The position numbers and the translations under genes were made by a program. Positions 1 through 13,508 of a stretch of 64,000 nucleotides of DNA are shown here, piece after piece. The notes below the pieces were generated by a model. It ran no database searches and was not told where the DNA came from. It saw only the letters and a list, made by a program, of their open reading frames with translations. Location: positions 63,550,001-63,614,000 of the forward strand of contig JBITNC010000001.1 in NCBI GenBank assembly GCA_050084985.1, in the 5' to 3' direction. This DNA comes from Nageia nagi (taxonomy: Eukaryota > Plantae > Pinophyta). Every line of letters starts with the position of its first letter. The first letter of the stretch is position 1.

Positions 1-3000
1 GGTTCAATTGCTAGTTATGTAGAAGATTTCCAACAAATTTCAGTCATGGTCATTGATATAGCTGGAAATAGAATTATTCACTTCTTTGTGAAGGGTTTGA
101 ATGAACCTTTAAGATGTTGGTTAAAGGCTTTCAAGCCTAAGAATCTAGATGAATCTGTTTCAACAGTGTTTGACCTTGAAAATTCCACACACAACAGTAA
201 ACCCAAGTGGGGACAACCCTCTAAACTTGGACAACAATCCAAATTTGGGACTTCTAGGCCATCTTATACTGTTGGACAGCAAACAAATAAAGTGAACCAC
301 CCAAAAACACAAATCAGCAAAGACCAAGGTTGGATGAAGCAACTAGGAAGGAGTTACAACAAAAAGGACTATGTTATTTTTGCAAAAACCAATGGAGGCC
401 TGGTCATCAATGTTAGGGTAAAGGGCGAAATTATTTAGTGGAGTTTTATGTGCCAGATGATGATGAAAAGGAATGAAAAATAGAAAAATCGGATTCCGAA
501 ATTGAATACGAAGATGCAGATTTTGCTGAATTGGAACATGGGAAACCCACTCCTAAAATAGATGAAGAAGAGGGAACCTTGGCATCTTAATTGGTGAGTC
601 AAAATTTTTAACCATTAAGGTGCTAGGAAAATTAAATAATTATCTGCTGTAGTATTAATTGATGGAGGAGCCACTCATAATTTTATTGATGAGGGTTTTG
701 TGTTTGAAAAAAATATTAAAACTGAAAAATTTTCTGGGTTTGGTGTCAAGAATGGAAATGGAAAGATTACTAGGTGTGATCAAATGGTTAGGCAGATAAA
801 AGTCAGCTTTGGTGAATATTTGTTACTGGAAGATTTTTGTGTATCCTATGGGAGGTGCCCCTCAAGCCATCATGGGGGTGCAATGGTCGTACTCATTAGG
901 AGGAATCTACACCAACTATCAAAAGTTGGAGATGCAATTTAGACATAATTGTAAGGTGGTCACCTTGAAAGGGTTGAAGGACCAACACTAAGCAAATTTC
1001 AGCCAATAGGTTGGAAAAGATACTCAAGAAGAGGGACATTGAATGGGGGGCCACATTGCACCTGCTTAAAGGTATGCCTACATCATCAAAAATTGAGGTA
1101 AAATTCCACCCTGATATACAATGCATTGTAGATAAACATAGGAAGGTTTTTGGTTAATTACCTTGGGGTCTTCCACCTGATAGAGGTTTTGAGCATGCTA
1201 TAGAATTGGAACCTGATGCTAAACTTGTTATAATCACACCATATAGGTACCCTAGAGCTTACAAAGATTAAATTGAAAAGAGTATTAAGGAGTTACTTGC
1301 CATGCGTCATATTAGGCCTAGCTCTAGCCCTTTTGCCTCTTCAGTTGTACTTGTTAAAAAAAAAGATGGGACATTACGTATGTGTATATATTATAGGGCC
1401 TTGAACAAAAAGACCATAAAAACATGTATCCAATTCCTAGAGTTGATGAGTTAATAGATGAGTTGCATGGGGCTACTTCTTTTCCAAGGTGGACTTAAGA
1501 TAAGGCTACCATCAGATTAAAGTAAGGAATGAAGATGTGCATAAGATTGCTTTTAGGTGTCATTTTGGGCACTTTGAATTTTTAGTCATGCCTTTTAGCC
1601 TTACTAATGCACATGCCACTTTTCAATCAGCTATGAACCATATTTTTAGAGATCACCTTAGAAAATTTATTTTAGTTTTCTTTAATGACATCTTGATTTA
1701 CAACAGAAATTGGAAAAATCATTTACAACATTGGGACACAGTTTTGACTGTTTTGGAGCAGCATAAATTCTTTGGAAAAATGTTTAAGTGTGAATTTGGA
1801 CTTACATAAATTTTGTATCTTGGGCACATAATTAGTGCGAATGGTGTGCATGTAAATGAGCAGAAAATTTCTGCTATGAAAAGTTGGCCTACACTCACCT
1901 CTTTGATTGAATTAAGAGGTTTTTTGGGCTTATGTAGTTATTATAGAATATTTATTAAAGAGTTTTCACAATTAGCAGTCCCGTTGATTGATTTGACAAA
2001 GAAAGGGGCATTTCAGTGGGATAGGACAGCGGAAAATGCATTTCAGAAATTAAAATCAGTTATGATGACATGTCCTATTTTGGCTATTCCTGATTTCTCC
2101 CAGCCCTTTGTAGTTGAATGTGATGCTTCAGGTATTGGGATTGGTGCAATGTGGATGCCAAAAGGGAGGCCCATTGCGTTTGAAAGTAGGAAACTCAGCC
2201 TAGTTGAGAAAACATTTAATATTTATGAGCAGGAAATGCTTGTAGTAATGCATGCATTGTCCAAATTCCGACAATACTTGGTATGCAGCAAATTCATAGT
2301 CAAGACTGATCATAACAGTCTTAGACACTTCTTGGGGCAGCGTGACCTTAGTGATAGGCAACAAAAATGGGTGGCAAAATTGCAAGCATATGATTTTGAG
2401 ATTTAATATGTGAAAGGAAAAATGAATACAGTAGCTGATACACTTTCAAGAAACCCTTCTTTTCATGCTATTACTTCTGTACAAGCTGATTGGAAGGCCA
2501 AAATCATGACAAAATACACCAAGGAAATATTTGCTTCCAATGTCATTGATTGAGAAGTTGTGGATGACAAATACAAAATCAGAGATGTGCTTATTTTGTA
2601 CAAAACAAAGTTTATTTGGTGTCGGATTTGAAAATGAAGGAGAAATTATTGGAAGCTTTACATGATGCACCTTTAGCAGGCCATCTAGGATTCTACAAGT
2701 CATACAGAGTAGTGAAAGAGAGGTTTTACTGGAATGGATTAAAAGAAAATGTTTTGAGACATGTTAGGGAGTGTGCTACATGTCAACAAAACAAGCATGA
2801 AAACACACATCTTGCTGGACTACTTCAGCCCTTGCCTATTCCACACCAAAAATGGAAAGACACCTCCATGGATTTCATCACAAGTTTGCCCAAGACTCAA
2901 GGTAAAGATAACATCTTTGTGGTAGTTGATAGATTGACAAAATATGCTCATTTCTTTGCCATTATAGTAACCATTACAACAACACAACTTGCTGATCTAT

Positions 3001-3930
3001 TTTTTAAGGAAGTTTCTAGGTTGCATGGTTTGCCAAAAACCATAGTTCATGATAGGAAGAACAAATTCATGAGTAATTTCTGGCAGGAATTCTTCAAATT
3101 GTGTGGTACACAACTCACTCTTAGCACCAGCTACCACCCACAAACTAATGGCCAAACATACATACTCAATAAGTGGGTTAGGACATTTAAGGAACTATGT
3201 TATAGGGCAACAACAATCATGGGTAAAATGGCTGTATCTTGGAGAGTTTTGCTATAATAGTTCCTATCACATGTCCATAAAAGTGTCACCTTTCATGGCA
3301 TTGTATTGATATGAGCCTCCTATGTTTTCTGATTTGCTTTTGAAGGATAGTAGGGTGTCCACAATGGCTGATTTTGTACAACAACATCTAGACATCTTAA
3401 AATCAATGAGAGAGAACTTACAACAAGCTCAAAATCAGCAGAAAAAGTATGTTGATCAGAATAGAATAGAACGTAGGTTTGATGCGGACAACATGGTTTA
3501 CTTGAGATTACAACCCTACCAACAAACAACATTGAAGAAAAGTGGTGCGAAAAAGTTGCAACCACATTTTTATGGACCTTACAAGGTGGTGACGAGAGTT
3601 GGTGAAGTTGCATATGAATTAGAATTGCCTCCAAGTAGTAGGATACATAATGTATTTCATGTTTCTTACTTGAAGAAAGTCTTGGAACAACATGTTACAC
3701 ATTCACAAGCTTTGCCTCCTATTCATGAAGAAGGTAAGTTAAAATTGATTCCTGAAAGATTACTGAATATGAGGGAGAAAAGATTGAGTAATAAGGTTCT
3801 TACTGAATATTTGGTTAAATGGAAGGATTTGCTAGAAGATAATGCCACTTGGGAAGGACCAAAAATTTTAAAGTACCCTGCTTTAATGAATTGCTTGGGG
3901 ATAAGCAATTTTGGAGGGGTGGACTTGTAA
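1..3930 (+). pseudogene. gag-pol polyprotein remnant of the chromovirus
   Basis: Zn knuckle GLCYFCKNQWRPGHQC (~367-415); protease LIDGGATHNF (~655-685); RT FEFLVMPFSLTNA/FFNDILIY; RNase H VVECDASGIGIGA; integrase H..GH/C..C and SMDFI...FVVVDRLTKYAHF; chromodomain EYLVKWKDLLEDNATWE. Confidence 0.93.
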
Positions 3931-5352
3931 TGTCCTATTTTAATTTAGTTTTATAAATATTAGTTAGGAGTGTTTTATTTTATTTGTAAGGTGTGTTATG
4001 TCTTATTTTGACAAAGTGAATAAAGAATTATAAAATAAAGTCACTTAAGTAATAGAATTTAGCATGTGCTCAAATGTCTTTTTAAGTTATGATCTTATGG
4101 TGGGGATTTAATCTCAAAATCTAAGTGTGGAGAATTATTAATTCTAAGATCAGATCTATAGCCTTCATCATTTTAGATCAAATCTAATGGCTGGGATATG
4201 TTGGCCATTAGGGTTACAAAAATAGATAAGAAGAGAGTTAGCTATTTGCAAGGGGGGGTTTTTGGAGAATTTTGGGAGAACATCGTTATGGCTAGCAAGT
4301 TCTTTGGCCTTTGCATTTTGCAAGAGATTATTGGGGTTTCCATTGGAGGCTAGAGGGATAAAACTCTAGAGCTATCTACCCAATTTTACTAACAAATCCA
4401 GTCAAGGTTTGTGTTTGGGCTGATTTGTTGAAGAAGTGGACTACATCTCTTAGATTCGCCATTAGTGGAGTTGGAGCAGCATTGCGAAGGGATTTTGCCC
4501 TAGTTTCAGGGTTTATCATTGGAGCTTAATTGCAGTTTTCAGTTAGGGTTTGTGTTACAGTTTTCGGAATTCAGAATACAGGGTTTGTGTAGAGTTTATT
4601 TTTAGATTTCAGTGGGTTTTCGGTTCAGAAAGGTTTTGGAGATGTTCGGCAATTTTGGGAATTTGTTTGTAGAGTTTTCAGAGCCAGTTGTACCCTAGAG
4701 AAGGACATGTAGCATGGGAAAGCTTCTTTTGCAGATTTGAGCACCTTTTTGAGTACCCTTTTGGCTGAACTTTGTATTCACTATTTTAGGAAATATAATA
4801 AAATTTATGTGTTATGTTGTGGCTATCTTAGGGTTTTACAGTATTTTCTTAAAAATTATTTTCAGATTTGATTTTGTTAGCAAATAATTACGTTAGGGTT
4901 ATTTCACCCCCATAAAACATACTAAATCTATTTTTAATTATCAAGCTCATACCTAAATATAATCCTATAATTAATTCATATCCCAAGGAGTGGGAGGTCA
5001 CATTTCAAGGGGTCAATATGGAGATGTTTCTGGATTTCTGTGAGCGACCACAATATGAAAGATTGGTCCAACTGGTGAACTTCAAGAGGCCATAACTCTT
5101 TCGTTTCCTAATGAAACCATGTCATGTAACCTGTAAAAACGTTTCCCACGAGATGCCCTACCAAAGAACAAATCAAATCGACTCTCCAAGACTTGTGGCA
5201 AACTCTATCCTCAAATAATTCATCCTAAGCTTGGGAGGAAGTTGTCCCACTTTGGGGCTCACAATGTGAGTCCATAGGACCATTATATTCTATCCCAAGA
5301 TACTAGCAACAAATAGATACATAAATAGAATATTTACAAAAGGGATGTTACA
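3926..5352 (+). repeat. 3' LTR of the chromovirus
   Basis: Starts TGTAATGTCC right after the PPT; ends GGGATGTTACA (imperfect terminal inverted repeat). Confidence 0.7.
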
Positions 5353-5559
5353 GTTTAGCAACTGGACTATCAAGGCATGGGTTTTTTATATTTTTTCTTT
5401 CATTTAGTAGGCTTTGCAATTGTGATTTCCTTTTTATGTTAATTTGTTTACAAATTTATGTCATTTTGATCGTTACACTGTTAATCTATTCTCTTATGTA
5501 GTTTCCCCTTATTTGATGCTTTAATTTAAATAGAACTTATTTCGCTCTCTTAACTGCAG

Positions 5560-5628
5560 ATTAATGAGCTGCAGATCAGTAAGGATTTGGAACAAGCATG
5601 GGAGGTTCTGGCAGAGCCTATTCAAACA
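5560..5628 (+). CDS. ADSL: Adenylosuccinate lyase, penultimate coding exon (INELQISKDLEQAWEVLAEPIQT)
   Basis: Pyrimidine-rich acceptor ...ctctcttaactgcAG at 5558-5559 and donor GTAAGT at 5629. WEVLAEPIQT is the conserved PurB/ADSL C-terminal motif. Phase 0, joins in frame to the 60840 exon. Confidence 0.93.
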
Positions 5629-7651
5629 GTAAGTTTGTTTACATCATGTTGTATTTGTGATGTCTTGATTCTGAGCAACCTTTATTTTGTTTATAAATAG
5701 TAGAGACTGCAATAAGTTTTTAATTCTCGGAAAACAATCTATTGGACATTGCTCCTAAAAGTCAAGCATCAGAACTATTTGTTGTATTAGATGAGGTATA
5801 GGTGAAACTGGCCATTGTTATCCCTTATCTGTGACTTCTTTTTGTCCGGTTAGTTAGGCAAAATGGCATCAGAAATTTGTTTTGAAAGCCCATTTGGGCG
5901 TCTTCTTCACCAACCTATGGTATTGGCAGCTCCTTGTGATCAAAATATCGAATCCCATCAATATTACTACTCTGTTGAGCATCTTCTACTTCTTTAGGCA
6001 AAGTACTTTACTGTGAAAATTACTGATTCAGCTACATACCTTGTGTTATGGTAGACTCAAGAAGCTCAATGGAAACAATCTCAGATTGTGCTCCTTCATC
6101 AAAAGTAATGTCCCCAGTAAGTTAAGTCACTTCATTGTACTGGAGAAGGATGCACATAGTGCTCTTGTTATCCATTTTTTTTTCTTTTTTCATTGGCATG
6201 TGCTTATTGGTTGTGCATCCAGCAATCCATAGATGATTGGTTATAGTTGGCTAGACTACTCTCCAAGCCCAGTTAGGAGTCATTTTCAAGTTACCTTGAT
6301 TAAGCTCCAGTTATTCAAATATGTTTCAGTTGGAATAGTTTCACTCAAATAGAGGGGTTGAACCTCAAGCTTTGAACATGCCTTTGGCCAATCTCCCAAG
6401 GTTTGATTTATCAGTTTAGAAAGTCCATTTTGTTGCGGGGTATGGAGTTGTGATGAAATATGAAGCACCTCTAGTGTGTTGAGTATTTATCAGTCTGATT
6501 ACATTGATCTGTATTGGCTCAAACATCATGTTGGTATGTTTTTTCTTTCCTAGTCGAAAACATGCACAAGACTTAGAGGAAACAACATTACTTGTTTCCA
6601 CCTGAAAGGATTGGTTACCCTAAGCGCTCACATGGAATATGGTCTTGAAGGCACAATAGTCAGAGATGCATGTTGTTAACTATATACAAGGGAAATACAA
6701 CGTCGGAGTTCCTTTCCACAGTAAGGAAAGACTACAAATGTGGACGAAAGTGAAGAAAGATCACAAATGCAGGGACAAAACATAGGGATAAATGCAAAGG
6801 AATACAAGGAAGGATGAACTTATGAAGGTATGACCAGTAATGCAGTGTCTCGGTAGGTCATTTTCAGATTCATTAAGATCAATTTACTCACTATCAAGCC
6901 GGGAAGCAAATGGCAAAATATGCTCAAATCACTACTAGACGAGAGCAAAAAGCTGTAGGGTCTTGATGAAAGACTTGGCAGGGAAACAAATGAAGTGAGG
7001 GCGTGAGTGCAAGAACCTAACTGAATGATATAAAGATAAGCTATGAGCCTCAGAATACATCCACTTACGTGCAAACCATGCAAAGAAAAACTCAAACCAC
7101 TTCAATGAATATTCAATATACAACTCCAAGGGGAAAGTTACTCATATATACATGATCCCACAAATGACATCCTTCATAGTATTAACTTTAAAATCTCGTT
7201 CCTCAAAAGAAATACATTCATAATGATATTCAATGATAAACATGCATAGAACCCCTTATGCAGCGAACCTCTATGCAATAGAATGTAAATATTTAAGGAT
7301 GCAACCACCCAAACATATGTAGAAAAACCTTATTGCATTGATATGAAATACAGTAAACCCCAGTTATAACAAATAAAACAACTTAGAAATTCTTACACAC
7401 ATAAAAGCTTATAGCCAACATCCCAAAAATGCAGGATCCTCAATATGCCATATTTCCATTAAGTGTAGAGTCTCACGTATGCAACAATGCGTAATATCAT
7501 GCACTATTCCAAGTGCAAAAGTCCCAAATGCAAAATCCCCTTCTAAATGGCCAGGATGGGGGTATAAATAGGTCACTATAGCAACCACCATAAAATATGC
7601 ATTTAATCAAAAGAAAAGGTACCACAAACAGAATCTGCGGATGGATCAGAC

Positions 7652-10600
7652 CTAGGCCAGATCTGATCCGATACTGGCAGAGTTCCACTCCTCGTTGGTG
7701 AGACCGTATGACTCAATAGTCTCCTCCAAGAACGCCACAGTCTTCTGTACACCCTTGGACATCATGCCAACAGTGCTACCATTATGTCGAAAATAATCCT
7801 CTATCTTCTTCGATGTAGCCTGCATCTGGTGTCTCCAGATGACCATCCGCCTTTCATGGACGATAGGATGCCATGCCTTTAGTAAGTTGAGATCATTGAT
7901 GTCAAGATGCTCTTGTATCAGATTCCGAGCCTCAACCAATACCGCCTCCTTTCTCACATTATTGTCCTCCCCTTGGAACTTGAGTTGATAAACATATTCA
8001 CTCATCTGTTCCTCAACCTCCTTTCTCAAGGGGATTCTAATCTTCAGGACTGCGTTGCATTTTTCAAATGCATGGTTCAACCAATCATGATGGTATGTGA
8101 ATTCATGGCAATAGACTAATTTATCAGGATTGTCAGCTTAAATATGCTACAGATGGGAGACGTTGGGAAGATGGCTATCCAACATGCTAAGGTGTGTTGA
8201 GATTTGTGCCTTAAGGTCCCTGATTTCCACACCTTCAACAAGGAGCTTGTAGATTCAAGAAGACAACCTCTCGATAGCCTCTATCATTTCCTTCTTTAGT
8301 TGCTCCTTCATCACTTCCCATCCCTTAAGGAAGGAAGTTTGCTTCTGCAGATCTAAAGGGGTGGTACTGATTTTTTGAAACTCCTTGATGACCTTCCTGC
8401 TAGCTGTGAGTTCTTTTTTCAACCTCTTCACCTACTTATTGGCTTCATACCCCTCCTGATCCATGACTACAACATTCTGAGTGACAATATGTTTACGAGC
8501 TGTCAATCCTAGCTTCATGGGCATCTTGAATGTCTTGCTGACACAGTCTTTTGCCTTTGAGGATGTTTCTCCTTCGAATAGCAATGCTTGATGGAGATTT
8601 CCTTTTGGGAGGTGGAAACAAATGTATCAACCATTTGAATCTTTTCACGATCCGAAAGCTCCTCTTCCTCATCTTCGGAGCGTAGATCTTGGTCTATATC
8701 TTCATCATGAGCTATACTCATGTTCAGGGCTCTAAGGTAGGCATCTAGGTCAAGATTTGGATGGTCGGTTGTTGGCAGGGGAGGAAACCTCTGTATCAAC
8801 AATCATCCTTTGTCGGTCTTCTTGACCTCTTTCATTGGAGTGGTTTGAACTACGACAATGTCCTTGCCTTGGTGCTCTTCCTGCCTTCTCTTCTTCTTCT
8901 GTTCCTCAGTCTCTCCTTCATCCTCTTCATCTCCTCCATTACCACCTATAGATATGCCTTTGTTCCGTGGCTGGGGAGATCTCTCATGGCTCATCCTCTT
9001 TTTGGAGGATTTATGTGAAGAGGAAGGGGACTTCTTCCTATGCTCGACAGGAGAAGGCTTGGAGGCACCCACCTCTCTAACACATTTTTCTCCAATGATT
9101 GGACATCATCATCATATGTTCCAACGTCCAATACCTCATTGTCATCTGGGAGAGTTTCAATGTTTGTCTCATCGGGTGCAGAGGCACCTATAGCTACATC
9201 TTCTTGCTTGGGGACAATGGTAGCATCATCATCATCATCTTCTTCCTCTTCTTCTTCTCTTCCACTATGGCTTTCCAATTTTTCTCCGACATCTTCTGCT
9301 GTATGGCTAGGCTCTTCATCAGTCTCTTCATTGGAAGAGGAAGTGGAACGTTCATAACTAGAACTCGAACTTGGTTGCAAGGGGGGAAATTTCTCTTTGC
9401 ATCTAGGAGAATGAGTGAGCCTTGAAGGGACTGCTTCCGTGGGTGAATCACTAGCACAAGCCTCATCCAGTACATCATGTAGCACGTTCGAGGGGAGAGC
9501 AAGATAGCTAGTGTCCTTAAGATCAGTCATTACTACGCTACGCTTGCTAGGGCTCAGAATGTGTTCCCTTAGAGCCTCTTGCCCCTTTCCAATCGGAAGC
9601 AAGGACGTCTTGATTGATAGAGATGCAATACGAGCAGGAGAAGGAGATGACCTGATCTTGAGAGAGAGCTCCTTAGATCTAGGCTTTGTAGTTCGAGGTC
9701 TCTGAGGTGGTTCGGGGTCTCTAAGGTGGTTTGTCTGCTTGGAGGGTAGCCTTTTTCTTGCTCAGAAGAGCATCTATCCTTACGATCTCCTCCTCATCCT
9801 GCAGATTTCGGTACTTCTCCACATTCCCCAAAAACTTATGCGGAAACGCAATAGGTTTGTGGAATACAATGTTGTAGAAATGTGCGATTATGCTCCTAGG
9901 ATCATAGTTTTTTGTAGCTGCCTCATTTGAAAAGGCATACTGCTCTAGCTCCTTCTTCATATTGGTTGCTTCAACCCACGTATGACACACATATTTTGCT
10001 ATTGAAATAGGCAAGTTGATGGTCACATTCTTCTTCTTCTAGACTTTCTCTTTCAGGAACAAGAGTTGCCTAGCAAACTCCATGAGGATAAGCCTATCAC
10101 TGGCGTATCTTGGCAAGAGTAGGGGTCCCTCCTCTGAGCCATAGACTTTGATGAAAGTATGGTTAGCATTCTATAGGAAGAAATTTGCATGTACACTGAT
10201 AGCTTGGAAAGCTGCATCAGAAATCCCCTTTACCATGGACTTCCCTTTGATATCTTTGTAGATATCATACTCCCATTGGTCAGTTCTCTCACAAAAATAC
10301 TAGAACTTGTTCTGGTACCACCACTTTGGATAAGCTCGCCACACGAGGGTGCTCTTTTGTCCTAAATATCTTTCATCAGCTAGCTCCTTGGATCTGACCT
10401 TGCCATGCAATAATAGGTATACAAGATAGGAGTTCATGTAAAACCTCTTCGAGGAGCCAAAATAAGCTAACTAATGGCGTAGGGCATCACTAATCACCCC
10501 AACCCACCAGATAGCTCTCCCTGAGTTCATAATTGCAATGAAGCCTGTGAACACCCTCTTGTACTTAGTATCATTCTCTTGACCAGTAACCCTAGACAAA

Positions 10601-11206
10601 AGAGTGATCAGTTTGGCCACAACAGGCAAGAACTCCTCTCTGTGAGCGCTGATCAACCTTTGACCTTGAAGATTTTGGTACTCTTCCAGCAACCAAGGCC
10701 GAATGTAGTCCTCAGGTTGGGCTGTGGAATTATGGAATTCTTCAGAGTATGCCAACATGTAATCGCCCCTATACCTTCTCCAGCCAAAGGCTGCTTCAAT
10801 CCTAGCAGGGGAGAAGTCCATGATTACATTTCCCTTTGTGTCCCTTAGGAATCTCTTGTTGTATTCACATTTCTTGGTTACCTCGTAGCACAAGTCAGGA
10901 AAAGGTACTGCAAAAGGCATCATAGTGGCCACATGTGTGGATGAGCTCTTCTGACAATTCCTTATTGATGGAGGTTGTGGAGGCTAAATTCTAGATGGGG
11001 TCCAAGTTTCTCCAGTCTGTATAACCAATAAAGGTGTATCTCCCCTTAAATTTGGCTTTAGGGAGTTCTGGTCTCTCTCTCTCTTGAAACTCAATTAGGC
11101 TCTCTTTCGAAAGCCGAGCCATCTGGTTTTTGGTTACTTGCCTCTCAAATAGCTGCCCTTGAATTTTCTTGGCCCTTGATGGAGGTGGTATGATACTGGA
11201 AGCCAT
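7652..11206 (-). pseudogene. Long uncharacterised ORF of unit A (disrupted)
   Basis: Collinear fragments: TDWRNLDP, PFAVPFPDLCYEV, GNVIMDF, FYMNSYLVYLLLHGK, LPRYASDRL, an acidic linker and a coiled-coil-like C-terminus. Homologous to the ORFs of B-E. Confidence 0.8.
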
Positions 11207-11449
11207 GCAAAAATGTCTGGAATGCCCAAAGAGAACCTAAGGACAAGTCTGGATGTTGTAAAAGATGTAACAATGCAGAACCAAACATGTAGACTTGGGC
11301 TGTAGGACGTCCAACACTCTAAATGAAAGTTGCTTCCTTTCAAATGAGACACATGGAGTATTAATGCATGGCAGGGTGCATGCTCGCCACTTGTCCTTTT
11401 CTCCTCTCAACTTCTGGCGTCTCACACTTGACCAATTTCACCTTGCAAT

Positions 11450-12870
11450 TCTGGGTGCATAGTTTTCAATGAGTGCTTGAGCACTCCTTGAAAAACATGC
11501 GACTGGGGCTTGGGTCACTTAGTCAAATTTCAGAACATAATTCTTCACCACACACCTGGGTGCATGGATCTAGATGAGTTAAAAAGCATGTTTCAAAAAG
11601 CATGCACCTTGAGCTCGGGGCTTTATTGAAATGCCTTAGCCAAAAACAAGCTATTTGGATGAACAACACCCCTCTAGACTCCTTATTTTTCCCCGGCACA
11701 CTGTTTTAGGTGAGTGCAAAAGCATGAGCTAGAAATGGTGCGACTGGGGAAGGATGAAAAATTTGAGATGAAGTGGTAAAATTGACTAAGGGGTGGCGTG
11801 ATATTTATAACTATCTATGTTGCCACATGTCACTTTCGGGTGGTCAATCTATGGGTCAAATGGCAGAGCCAAAACAAGGGTGCATGGTTTTAAAGGGGTG
11901 TAAAAGCATGTGTCAAGAAGCATGCGACTAGGGTCTTAGATACTTAGCCAAATTTCAAGTCAACATTGAAGCTCAATTCCTGGTCGCATCGTTTTGAAAG
12001 GGTGCAAAAGCATGCATCTTAATCCTTGTGCCTAAGGTCTGACACACCTCCCGAGACCAAAAATTCCAAAAATAATTAAAAAAATGTAGGTTTGACACAG
12101 GTCGCACGTTTCAGAGGACATGCTCTTTCTCCCTTGGCTCCACGCAATGTTCCATACAATTTTGCAAACAGAATGACTGATGCTGACTTTCCTCTTATAG
12201 CCATCCGGGTAGGATAGTTGTCATCACATGATAGGTGCAAGAGGGGGTCGAATGCATGCGTTTCCAATTGGCAACAATCTGAACCCAACACTTAGCCAAT
12301 TTTCACCTCATGAATTTGGTCGCATGGTTTGAGTTGGGTGCAAAAGCACTCACTTGAAAGATGCGACTAGCCTTGATTGCTTCAAAAATGGCTAATTCCT
12401 CTTGTCTCCTGGTCGCATGGATTTGGATGGGTGCAAAGCACTCACTTGAAAGCATGTGACAGGACCTATAGGTTCTGAAAACGGCTAAGTATAAATCACT
12501 TCCTCCTTCTTCGCATGAATTTGGACGGGTGCAAAAGCACTCACTTGAAAACAAGCAACAGGCTTTTCTAGAAAAAAATGCTAAGTATGAGAGGCTCCAA
12601 CCTGGTTGCACCGTTTTGGGTGGGTACAAAAGCATTCACTCGAAAACATGCAACTGACTGAAAACACTCTATTTTTGCCTTGAATTTCGACCAAAATGAC
12701 TGTAAACATGAAATGCAATGAGGGAGAGATGAAGTTTCGCAGCATGAGGGACCCTAAAGGTGCAATTTTAAGAGTGAAAATGCATGTGATGATTGTGAAA
12801 ATGCAGCATGAGGCTGGTTGACCGTTTGGGAGGTGTGCAAAAGCACATCCCTCAAAACATGCGACTGAGG
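11450..12870. repeat. Array of ~50-bp imperfect palindromes (A-type)
   Basis: Repeated gtcgcatg...gggtgc-aaaa-gcactc...catgcgac, e.g. ~12319-12367, ~12412-12460, ~11983-12016, ~11879-11928. Confidence 0.8.
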
Positions 12871-13508
12871 AAAAATGCATATTTTTGACTTGACTTGACC
12901 ATGAATGTGCAGGTTCAACATGTTTTCTAAAGGTAAGACCAAAATGCATACATTCCCTTAGACAAATGTTACTTCCATGCATTTTCTATCATTTCGAGGG
13001 TCCTCAAAATGCAAAAAATTTGAGGGGTGTTGTGCAGGCACAACATATCCCTTTTACACACCAAGACTTTTATTTCACACCAAGACTTTTATTTCACAAA
13101 AGAATATCTATGGTGCTTTCAAATAATCTAACCTTCACATAGGTAGTTCTTTGTTTTAAGTTTTTAGCTTTTGCCACTGCATAGGAGGGTAAGTGAAATG
13201 GCCTTACTTTCTGTACTTTAATTGATTTTTTGAATATGCAGAATAATCCAAAGCATTAAGTTTTTTGGTATTCTCAAAATCTTTTGTAACTCAAAGGAAG
13301 CTATACAAGAGTCTTAACCTCATTACATTTAATTTTGACTATATCCTCAACCCATTTAAATAGAACACTAATATTAATGTTTACATTGACGCACAACATG
13401 TTCTTCATGCCTGGTGACCGGTTTTGGATGTCATTTAAATGTCATAGGTCGCTTGGCTTTGCAAGGTGTCTTCCACAGTATGTGCAGATTGGTGGTGACT
13501 AATCCTAG

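Larger units (their letters stand above)
1..5352 (+). mobile_element. Degenerate Ty3/gypsy chromovirus LTR retrotransposon (5' part outside window)
   Basis: Domain order gag-PR-RT-RH-INT-chromodomain, with many stops and frameshifts. PPT-like ttggaggggtggac at 3911-3924 is followed by an LTR. Confidence 0.93.
6529..13045 (-). mobile_element. Unit A: divergent member of the ORF-bearing TG...CA family (putative giant solo LTR)
   Basis: Left end TGTTGGTATGTTTTTTCTTTCCTA matches the C/D left ends; right end ...GGGGTGTTGTGCAGGCACAACA. Flanks catca/tatcc are a weak TSD (3/5). Copia sequence resumes on both sides. Confidence 0.78.

Noticed and set aside
7643-7669. Inverted repeat ggatcaga...tctgatcc over the unit A stop codon
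   Set aside because: Only 8-bp arms, seen once, and not homologous to the C/D/E hairpin; may be chance.
8761-9705. Ser-rich or hydrophobic plus-strand ORFs (also 29973-30587, 44443-44817, 45240-45611)
   Set aside because: Antisense shadows of the acidic and coiled-coil parts of the minus-strand ORF.
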